A stretch of 64,000 nt of DNA from Squalus acanthias. Taxonomy: Eukaryota. Positions 33,679 to 44,511 of the stretch are shown here, in pieces. The position numbers were made by a program, and so were the translations under genes. The stretch lies in the NCBI GenBank assembly GCA_030390025.1, contig CM059425.1, positions 162,194,001-162,258,000 on the forward strand, given 5' to 3'. The notes under the pieces were generated by a model. It ran no database searches, had not been told where the DNA came from, and saw only the letters and a program-made list of their open reading frames with translations. Position 1 is the first letter of the stretch. Each line of letters starts with the position of its first letter.

Positions 33679-36641
33679 GGGCTCCATTTTAATTGCGGGT
33701 TGGAGTCAGGTTACGTGGTGGGCGGGTTCCGGAGCCGCTTCCGGCGGGATCAGCTGCTGATGTCCGATTTTGATTCAATGAGCTTGTTGATTTCAATGAG
33801 GCGCGCTGGCCGGTCCAATGAGTGCGATCGGGCTGGCTGCCCACCTCTGATGACGTCATCATAGCTGCTGCTTTTAAAGCTGCCATTCAGCCTAAGCCTT
33901 TCTCTTGTGGATTCCTGGACTCATTGAAATTGATTTAGACGCAATGACTTCTTCCAGAGGCAAGGCAGCTCCTCGTTTTAATGACTCCCCCCTCCATGTT
34001 CTTGTGGATGCTGTCAGAGGGCGCAGGGAGATTCTCTTCCCTCCTGATGCCCGGAGGAAGCCTCCTCATCAGACCAAGGCAGCCTGGCTGCGCATTGCTG
34101 AGGAGGTGAGTGCAAGGTCCATATATGCACGCTCATGGATCCAGTGCCAAAAAACATTTAATGATCTTGTGCAAACATCAAAAGTGAGTATCCCATCACA
34201 CTTGCCTTCAATCTGCTTCCCTTCTCTTCTCATCACCAGCACTCTGCATTGTAAGCCTCCTCCTTCACATCCCACCTTACCCTTACTTCCCTTGCACCCT
34301 TACCTATCCATCTCTGTCTCTGCACTGAATCACTTCAGCATCCTGCCTATGCAACCCTTACACTCGCTCTCACTGTCATGCAGTGACATCAACTAACAAC
34401 GCACAGGGAGCAAGCTTCCTCTTGGCACCTTACCTCATCTTCGTCTCCCTCAAAGCTTCTATGGTAGGGATTATTGACCCTCACTCCATCACTGTGGCTG
34501 AAACACCGCTTGTGTCCCTCCTTGCAGGAAAAGATAGCCCACAAGAAGAGGGAGAGAGCAATGACTGGAGGAGGAACACCTACCCTAGCCACATTGACCA
34601 GTGATGAGGAGGCTGCAAACGAGATTGTTGGCGGTGGCAAGGACCTGGAAGTGGGCGATGGAGAGATGGGCACACTAGAGGAAGCTGGTGACATAATAGA
34701 GTTTCATCACTCTCAGAATGCAATGGCATATGATGTTCATAGAGAATCGCCTTGTATCATCTGTTCAAAAGGATGTGTTGGCTACATCAATATCAGATGT
34801 CTAAATCATGCCTTTACTCTCCCACAGGACCATCGAGCGCCCCCCTCCCCACGATCCAGGACGAAGAGCCGGACAACTCCTCAGGAGGAACCTGAAGCCT
34901 GAGGGAGCAGCGTCACCAGGACTCAGCGCACCCAGCACCAGTGCAGCAACGCACACCTCGGTGGGGGCCTCGCGAGTTAAAGTAGTGTTGTCACCTGGTC
35001 TATCAAAGCGCACAAGTGAGCATCAGCAGATGGTGGAGACAGCTACAGCTGTGGAGAGTCCTCGGCGAAGGTCGGAGGACTCTCCTAGCTCTGCTGAGCT
35101 GCATGCAGACGCTGTGCCTCTGGGGCCATCCAGAAAAAGAGCGTCTCGAGAAATACAGAAACAAGTGCAGCTGTCTCTGGAAGGGTTTGCCTCCAGGGTT
35201 AGTGCGAGTGTGGAGAGAATGGAGGAGTCCAACTGTAACATCAGCGCTGCCGTGGTGGAGGCAATGGTGCATGAACGCACCACCATGGATAGGATGGCAA
35301 CCTCCGTGGAAAGGATGGCTACCGCCACGGAGGAAATAAGTCGACAGAGTCAGGAAAACATGGTGACTGTTCAAAATACAATGTCATCTCTGGAGGAGCG
35401 ATGGGCAGCTATTCAGCAGAGAGACCAGAGCTTCATGGATGTCCTTTTGATGAGGACTGCCAGTGCAGATACAGGTCCTCATGGTTCCCCTGAAGTGCAG
35501 CAAGGTGCTCTCCAGCCACTTGTCAGCACTGAGGAGCGGCTGACCCATGAGAGGGTTGTTGTTGGCAGGACAGAAGGAAGTGTGGGCTCCTCTCAAAGCG
35601 CTCACACGACCATGCCACTGCGGAGCCCTCGGTCAGCGACCCACTTTGCGGAGACAACCAAGATGGCCATTTCAGCCTCTGCACAGCCGCAGGAAGAGCA
35701 GACTGTTGAAGAGCCCTCCCAGGCTCCCAAACCCAGAGGACACCCACCAAAGGCGTCTAAGCAGGCGCAGCATCCTAGTCAGCAAGGCCTCTACATTTGC
35801 TGAAGCCACAGGGGAAGCACTAAGTAGAAGCACGCGTAAGAGAAAGATTAAGCACCTATAGTCACAAGGGGAGTCACTTGGGTGATTTATCTTTTTTTTT
35901 CTGACTGTTGCTGGTTTATTATCCTTTTGTGATGTGTAAAAGAAAAATGATGGCAAACAGTTGATTGTGTGGCCTATGTGTTATGGAAAATGGCAAAAGC
36001 GCATTGAGGGCTCAGGGCGACTTGCTTTTGTAATGCTGATGGTAAAAGTGATAGGAAATAAGAGGGTATAGCAGAGATGATGTATGACATTGGACAAGTG
36101 TCGCTTGCAGTTACAGAGCCATATGGTAGCCACCTATGGTTGAAGAGTAAGCTTATGCTAATATGGCATGGCAGTGTGCATACCCTGGTTGACGGGCAGC
36201 AGTGAACTGGAGGGATGCTGATTTGGTCACAATAGGGCATTCAAGGCGGCCCTCGTCCTCCTACTCCTCTTTCCAGGAAGATCTGCGCTGAGCCACACGG
36301 TTGCTACTCCTCCAATTATGAGGACCAGGATGAGAGGGCATAAATGTTTCCCATCCCCTTGCTATAGATTTCATTTGAGGCAACAAGCTTGCAGTTGAAG
36401 TGGCCTAAAATTATTCCATTCATGACACACTGCAGATGGGTGTCAGTAGATGTGCAAAATTTTATCCCACATCTACAACAGCAAAGTTGTTGCATTTGAA
36501 TGTCAGCCCATGTTTCAGGGGCGCTTTTAAAGCGCTCCACCAATGCATACAAATCATGTCCTCCAGCAACTTGTCTCCTTGAATCTGGCCGGTTTCTGAC
36601 AAGTCGGGAAACAGGAGCCAGAAGCACGAAAATGGGAAACC
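33679..36641 (+). mobile_element. PIF/Harbinger-derived element
   Basis: gggctccatttt left end; Myb/SANT gene inside; right end uncertain. Confidence 0.65.
33944..35861 (+). pseudogene. Harbinger Myb/SANT-like DNA-binding protein gene, 3 exons (33944-34183, 34528-34687, 34828-35861), frameshifted in exon 3
   Basis: MTSSRGKAAPRFND...AWLRIAEEVSA...RSWIQCQKTFNDL; EKIAHKKRERAMTGGG; GT-AG junctions; spliced frame stops early in exon 3. Confidence 0.8.
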
Positions 36642-36689
36642 ACTATGAAAATAACCATGATGCGGAGATGCCGGTGTTGGACTGGGGTG

Positions 36690-38631
36690 GACAAATGTGA
36701 GATAAACCCCGGTTCCTATTCTCTACTGCTAACCGTCTTCTTAAACCCCTCTCCCCTGTCTCCTCCACCCTCACCTCCGATAACAAGTCTGAGGAGCTCA
36801 TGGACTTCTTTGTCTCTAAGATTGAGACCATCTGTTCAGCTGCCTCTGCCACTTCCCTTCCTTCCCCTAGCCCACTGGGCCAAACTTCCTCTAAGGTTCC
36901 CCCCTGCCCTAGCCCTGAACTCACATTTTCTCCAGTTTCTCTCCGATCTCCCCTCATAACCTCTCTGCGCTCATCTTCTCTATGAGACCCAGCTCCTGCT
37001 CCCTCGACCTTATTCCCACCAAACTGCTGATCACCCAACTTCCTTTTCTGGCTCCCATGTTAGCTGATATTGGTAACAGTTCTCTCTCCTCAGGTACTGT
37101 CCCCCTCTCCCTCAAATCTGCCGTCATCACCCCTCTCCTCAAGAAACCAACCCTTGATCCCTCCGTCCTTGCAAACTACCGCCCCATCTCCAACCTCCCT
37201 TTCCTCTCCAAAGTCCTTGAACGCGTTATCGCCTCCCAAATCCGTGCCCATCTTTCCCGCAATTTCATGTTTGAATCCCTCCAATCAGGTTTCCGCCCTT
37301 GCCACAGTACCGAAACGGCTCTCATCAAAGTCACAAATGACATTTTGTGACTGTGACAAAGGTAAACTATCTCTCCTCGTCCTTCTTGACTGGTCTGCAG
37401 CCTTTGACACGGCTGACCACTCCATCTTTCTCCAACGCCTCTCCACCATCGTCCAGCTGGGTGGGACTGCACTCACCTGGTTCCATTCTTATCTATCTAA
37501 TCATAACCATAGAGTCACCTGCAGCAGCTTTTCTTCCCGCTCCTGCATCGTTACCTCTGGTGTCCCCCAAGGATCTATCCTTGGCCCCCTCCTATTTCTC
37601 ATCTACATGTTGCCCCTTGGCGACATCATCCGAAAACACAGCGTCAGTTTCCACATGTACGCTGACGACACCCAGCTCTACCTCACTACCTCTTCTCTCG
37701 ATCCCTCCATGGTGTCTAAATTGTCAGACTGCTTGTCCGACATACAGTCCTGGATGAGCAAAAATTCTCTCCAATTAAATATTGGGAAGACCGAAGCCAT
37801 TGTTTTCAGTCACCGCCACAAACTCCGTTCCCTAGCCACTGACTCCATCCATCTCCCTAACATCTGTTTGAGGCTGAACCACACTGTTCGCAACCTTGGT
37901 GTCATATTTGACCCTGAAGTGAGCTTCCGATCACATTCCGATTCCGCAGCATAACAAAGATCGTCTATTTCCACCTCCGTAACATCGCCTGTCCCCGCCC
38001 TTGCCTCACCTCATCCGTTGCTGAAACCCTCATCCATGCCTTTGTTACCTCTAGACTTGTCTATTCCTACGCACTCCTGGCTGGCCTCCCACATTCCACC
38101 CGACGTAAACTTGAGGTCATCCAAAACTCGGCTGCCTGTGTCCTAACTCGCACCAAGTCCCGTACGCCCATCACCCCTGTGCTCGCTGACCTACATTGGC
38201 TCCCAGTTAAGCAGTGCCTCGATTTCAAAATTCTCATGCTTGTTTTCAAATCCTTCCATGGCCTCGCCCCTTCCTATCTCTGTAATCTCCTACAGCACCC
38301 CCCCGCCCGCCCCCCACATATCTGCGCTCCTCTAATTCTGCCCTCTTGAGCATCCCTGATTACAACCGCTCAACCTTTGGTGGCCGTGCCTTCTGTTGCC
38401 TAGGCCCTAAGCTCTGGAATTCCCTACCTAAACCTGTCTGCCTCGCCACCTCTCTTTCCTATTTTAAGACGCTCCTTAAAATCTACCTCTTTGACCAAGC
38501 TTTTGGTCATCTGCCCTAAATTTTCCTTATGTGGATCGGTGTCAAATTTTTTGTCTTAAAATACTCCTGTGCAGCGCCTTGGGATGTTTTACTACGTTAA
38601 AGGCGCTATATAAATACAAGTTGTTGTTGTT
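36690..38631 (+). mobile_element. L2-clade LINE, 5'-truncated
   Basis: NYRPISNLPFLSKVLE, QSGFR, GVPQGSILGP, HMYADDTQLY; tail ggcgctatataaatacaagttgttgttgttg. Confidence 0.92.
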
Positions 38632-38869
38632 GTATCATCCCACTACCAGCCTATGTGTTAACAGTTTTAATAGGACTTGTATTCAATTGAATTTTTTTTG
38701 TAGTCATTTATGCAGTTAGAATAGTTGGCTATGATTTCCCTTTTACAGCAATGAGAAGAGGAACCGCATTAAATCTATAGCATACTAAAAATGTTTCCAA
38801 ATAGGATCACTTTCATGAGCAGCCACAATGATCTTTTCTCAGTTACATCCAAGCATCAACTCTTGTTTT

Positions 38870-39230
38870 TTTTAAATGCATTCTCGGGATGTGGGCGTCT
38901 CTGGCATTTATTGCCCATCCCTTGTTACGCTGAGAAGGAGGTGGTGGGCCGTCTTCTTGAACCACTGAGCAGCTTGATACAACGGAGTGGCTTGCTAGGC
39001 CACTTCAGAGGGCAGTTAAGAGTCAACCATGTTGGTGTGGGAATGGAGTCACGTGTAGGTCAGACCAGGTAAGGCGGCAGGCTTCCTTCCCTAAAGGACA
39101 TTAGTTAACCAGTTGGATTTTTACGACAATCTGACAGCTACATGGTCACTTTTACTGATACCAGTTTTTAGGTCCAGATTTTTAAAAACAAATTCATATT
39201 CTCAAACTACCATGGTGGGATCTGAACGGA
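38870..39230 (-). mobile_element. SINE sharing head/body and 3' tail with the 17570-21968 LINE
   Basis: Minus strand body ...ctttagggaaggaagcctgcc...gtgactcc...ggttgactcttaactgccctctgaagtggcctagcaagccact joined to the LINE tail gggatgggcaataaatgcc. Confidence 0.8.
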
Positions 39231-39959
39231 TTATTGTTGGTTAACGATAGAGATAGTGGCCCAGAGTTTGTGCTAGGTTGCACTCTTTTTTTCAGCGCAA
39301 TTCCCCCGAAATCGGCCAAACCAGAAATTTAAAGCGCAAATTACATCCAGCGCAAATCAAGTTTCTGCGAACTTTTGTGCTAGTTTAAAAAACAATGCGC
39401 TGGAAGCCGGCCCCACCCACAAAACTAGCCACGCCCCCCCAGATCAAATTAAACACCATTGTGAGTTTCCGCTAATTATAGGCTCAATTCCGACAAATAA
39501 TATTGGCAGCAATTAAAGACAACACTTCAATTGTGTTTACAGAGTAACGATTAAAGTGGTACAAAGAAGATAAAAAATACATTTTTCTCCCTGACCTTGG
39601 TGGTCAGATAACAATGTGCATTTGAATCCTTGAATCAGCAATATATGCAACCCCCATCTAGCATTTCCAGGCATGGCAAGTGCAGGAGCAAGGAATTTAG
39701 TGAGATAACATTAATTGCATGTTTACAGTTCATAGAATATACAAATTATAGTTTTAATTGGACATTTTAAACTCGAAGTCATTTTCATTACGATTGGCTA
39801 GATTGCATGAAGCTATTTTTCAGTTGTAGTAGTTTAAGCTATTTAAGATAAACAAAGGACTGGTGTAGAAAAGGAACTAGGTGAAAGTGAAAGGCAAAGG
39901 AAGTGAAGCACAAAGGATGCAAGCAAAAATGAGGGGAAAAAATGCAACTATCACAAAAG

Positions 39960-40286
39960 ATTGAGCAGGGTGAATGTGGAGAAACTGTTACAACTTGTGG
40001 GTGAGTCCAGAACAAGGGGAACACATAAAATAGCCACTACCAGATCAAATAAAGAATTTAGGAGGAATTTTTTTTTACAAAGTGGTGAAAATGTGGAACT
40101 TGTTGCTACACAGAGTGGCTGAAACAGGTAGCATTGATACATTTAAGGGGAGGTTTGATGCATACATGAGGGAGAAGGGAATAAAGGGATATAAGGGCAG
40201 GGTGGGAAGAGGCTCATGTGGAATTTACCACTGGCATAGACTAGTTGGATCGAATGGCCTGTTAATGCGTGTAATGTAATTCTATA
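39960..40286 (+). mobile_element. CR1-like 3' fragment
   Basis: VKMWNLL...FKGRFDAYMREKGIKGY; gaatggcct tail. Confidence 0.8.
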
Positions 40287-41091
40287 TAGAATTGCAAGAA
40301 TTTGCTGAAAACATGTTTTAACTAAGTATGCTTTAATCTGTACACCAAATAACTTTAAAGAGAACTAATAAAACAGTCAATAATTTATTTTAACTAAGGT
40401 CAGAGATCTATACACCAAACGAGGGAGAATCAATTGTCATCACTTCCAGAGGAATTCCTATTGTATCTGACTGTTGCTAACATCAATTAATCTGTCAGAT
40501 TAAAGAGGTCGAATGTCTTAGTGCCATCTAAATTTCAGAATTAATGTTGAAAGTATAGGATTGTTAACTTGTTGTATAGACTGCCAAAGTTATCTTTGAA
40601 ATCTAAGTACTGATTATTGATATAAGTGATAGCTATAAAGCTATTACTTGCATTGTCAAAATTGGGAAGTTAGATTCTTTAATTTATGACAACTATCATT
40701 TACCATCAAAATTGTGTTACTGTAAACTTTGAAGGTTAAAAACTTTATTGCTCTGCTCGTTATGATCCAGTCTAAAATTGTATTGTTGAAATATTTAGGG
40801 CAAGATCTGTGAAGACAGTAATTTTTAGTAGTAGAGAAATTGAATCAAGTTGCTTAATTCTTCCTTAAATTAATGTTGATAACTCTGCAGTGATACAGCA
40901 CAGTCACGTTAATAGCTGGATCCTAATTTCAGTCTCACAAGACAACATTAAGTCTTAAAGGATGAACTTCAGTGGGCCAATTTTTTTTCCCCCCTCATAC
41001 CTACCTTTACTACCATTTTTATATTTTAAATCAGTTCCTCATAAATAAACACAGATGTCTATACAACAACTTAACAATCCTATACTTTCAA

Positions 41092-41567
41092 CATTAATTC
41101 CTGGGATGGCGGGACTGTCGTATGAGAAGAGATTGAGTAAACTAGGCCTGTATTCTCTTGAATTCAGAAGAATGAGAGGGGATCTCATTGAAGCATACAA
41201 AATTATTACAGGGCTTGATAGGGTGGATGCTGGGAGAATGTTTCCCTTGGCTGGGGAGTCTAAAACTAGGGGCCACAGCCTCAGGATAAAGTGTAGGCCA
41301 TTCAGGACTGAGATGAGAAGAAATTTCTTCACAGAGGGTGGTGAATCTTTGGAATTCTCTACCCCAGAGGGCTGTGGAGGCTCAGTCATTGGGTATATTC
41401 AAAACAGAAGTCGATAGATTTCTGACTCATAAGGGCATCAAGGGATATGGTGATAGGGCCAGTGAATGGAGTTCAGGCAGAAGATCAGCCATGATCTCAT
41501 TGAATGGCTGAGCAGGCTCGAAGGGCCGAATGGCCTACTCCTGCTCCTATTTCTTATGTTCTTATGT
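41092..41567 (+). mobile_element. CR1 3' fragment
   Basis: LIPGMAGLSYEKRLSKLGLYSLEFRRMRGDLIE; ttcttatgttcttatg tail. Confidence 0.92.
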
Positions 41568-43301
41568 ACCATCATTAGGATTATTATACATGTTGCTCTA
41601 TAATGTAAGGAGAATGTTAAGTGTAGTAATGTTTACCAAATGATTTACAAGTAAGAAAACACTAGTAAAACAAAAGAAAAATGATGATATGTAACAAGAA
41701 GCAATATTTTCAGGACTACTGCAGTGGATTTTCATGGCTTAATGATGTATATGAGAAACCAACACAGCCCATCCACCTATCATCACTTTAACAACAACAA
41801 TAAAAACTTGCATTTATATAGCAAATATATAGCAACTATACGTAGTAAAACATCCCAAAGCACTTCACAGGAGTGTTATCAGACAAAATTTGACACCGAG
41901 CCACAAAGAGGTATTAGGACAGGTGACCAATCTGCTCAATCACACCCTCACCATCACCTTTGATGCCCTTGTTCCAATTAAAACCATTACTCTCTAACTG
42001 GATTTTTCCCCCAGTACGGCCCTCATCTCCGCTCCATTAAGTCCAAAGGACGCAGACTTGAACATTTAATGGCAGACAACTGGTTTAGCCATTCATCGCC
42101 AGGACTGGCTGGACCACAAAGAACTATCGGGTCCTGCTCTCCTCTGCTAAAACTGGTCACTATTCCAGGATCATCCTGGAATGCAAAGATAACCCCTGAC
42201 TTCTCTTCTCTTCTGAAACCTTTCTCCCCACCTCCTCCACCCTCACCACCAACAGGTGCGAGAAGCTCAGACTGCTTTGTCACTAAGATTGAGGCCATCT
42301 GTTCAGCTGCCTCTGCCGCTACCCTCCCTTCCCCTAGTCCAAGCCAAACTTCCCATAAGGGTCCCCGCTGCCCTAGCCCTGAACTTGCATCTTTCTTTAG
42401 TTTCTCTCCTATCTCCCCTCATATCCTCTCCGAGCTCATCTTGTTCATGAGACCCACCTCCTGCTCCCTTGACCCTATTCTCACCAAACTGCTGACCACC
42501 CAACTTCCTTTCCTGGCCCCCATGTTAGCTGATATTTTTAAACAGCTCCCTCTCCTAAGGTACTGTCCCCTTCAAATCTGCAGTCATCAACCCCTCCACA
42601 AAATAAAACCACCCTTGGCCCCTATATCCTTGCAAGCTACCACCCTATCTCCAACCTCCTTGAACAGGCTGTTGCCTCCCAAATCCATGCTCACCTTTCC
42701 CGTAACTCCAAGTATGAACCCCTCCAATCAGGTTTCCGCCCCGCCACAGGATTGAAACAGCTCTTATCAAAGTCACAAATGACATTCTATGTGACAATGA
42801 CTGTGGTAAACTATCCCTTCTCATCTTTCTCAACCTATTTACAGCCTTTGACATGGTTGACCACACCATCCTTCTCTAACACATCTCCTCCGTCATCCAG
42901 CTGGGTGGGACTGCCCTCGTCTGGTTGCATTCCTATCTATCTAGTCATAGCCTAAGACTCACCCACATTGGCTTCTCTTCCCACACCATTACCTTTGAAG
43001 TCCCCCAAGGATCTATCCTTGACCCCCTCCTATTTTTCTGCGACATCATACAAAAACACAACGCCAGGTTCCACATGTACACTGACAACACCCATCTCTA
43101 CCTCACCACCACCTCTCTCAACATCTCCACTGTCTCTAATCGGTCACGCTGCCTGTCCGACATCCAGCACTGGATGAGCAGAAATTTCCACCAACTAAAT
43201 ATCCTCAATCCCCACCACAAACTCTATTCCCCAGCCACCAACTCCATCCCTTTCCCTGGCCACTGTCTGAGGCTAAATCAGAATGTTCACAACCTTGGCG
43301 T

Positions 43302-44065
43302 TGTAAGATACCCTAGTTGTGTGTACCTGTATATGTAGGATTAGGATTTGGTTTAATCTCATATGATTAAAGTTTTTGGTTTCTTTTTACTTAGCTTGTA
43401 GATTTGCACTGCAGCTAGAAATAATGAAATGGTTAAAAGTTGTGCATTCCCAGGATGCTTTAGGGTTTAATATGTCAGGGTACAAATTTTGCTGACACTG
43501 TTATTTAAGTGTTTTCTTAAAGTACAGGATGTATAATTCGTGTATTTTCATGGACACATTGTTTAACAAATAGCCAAAACAGATTTGCGATAGGCAGTGG
43601 AACAATGGAGATAGGATGAAAAACAGGTTGGCATCTGTTGTTTTGAAGGAAATACTTCCTTTCTGGGGTCTTGTTCACAGTAACACTTGTCAAGCCATCA
43701 TGAATGAGCACTAACAGTATTTGTGAGAGTCAGCCTATAAAGATCCTAAGCAGTTCTGACGAAGGGTCACAGACCTGAATCGTTAACTATGTTTTTCTCT
43801 CTCCACGGATGCTGCTGAGTGTTTCCAGCATTTTCTGTTGTTATTTAAGATCCTAAGCTTTTCTTTAACAAGTTGCGGAGAGAGTCGGATTCGAAAGGAA
43901 CCATGAAGGTTAAATGTCTACCCAAGGAAAGGAACGGGGTAATATTGTTTATTTCTCTGTATGTCTACTGCTTAAAAACCGTGTGTGTGTCTGAACTTGG
44001 TCAAACACAATAAACGGATTTGTAGTTGCAAACCATATTTTAGTGTTGGAATCAAACGACTTACA
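43302..44065 (+). mobile_element. Solo LTR (family A)
   Basis: TGTAAG...CTTACA; flanks GCGT/GCGC; homologous to 32120-33571. Confidence 0.85.
43752..43846 (+). mobile_element. Hammerhead-only Penelope mini-insertion with 12-bp TSD
   Basis: AAGATCCTAAGC at 43740-43751 and 43847-43858; core CUGACGA...GAAU (degenerate). Confidence 0.8.
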
Positions 44066-44511
44066 GCGCCCTATTTGACAGAGGAGCTTTCAACCCCATA
44101 TCCCCTCCATCACCAAGACCATCTACTTCCACCTCTAACATCACTCCTGCCTCAGCTTGCTGCTGCCTTAACCCTTATTAATGCCTTGGTTACCTCTACA
44201 CTCGACTATTCCATGATTTTCTGGTCGGCCACCCACCTTGCTCCCTCCATAAACTTGAGCTCATCCAAAACTCTGCTGCCCGTATCCTAACTCGCACCAA
44301 GTCCCGTTTACCCAGCACCCCTGTGCTCACTGACCTACATTGGCTCCCAGTCTGGCAACGTCTCGATTTTAAAATTCATTGTTTTCAAATCCCTCCATGG
44401 CCTCGCACCTCCCAATCTTTAACATCCTCCAGCCCGACAACCCTTCTCTGCGCTCCTTGAATTCTGCGCATCCCTGATTTTCATCACTCCACCATTGGCG
44501 GGCATGCCTTT

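Noticed and set aside
34808..35803. 331-aa ORF as a stand-alone host gene
   Set aside because: It is exon 3 of the Harbinger Myb gene; its ATG lies in the intron.
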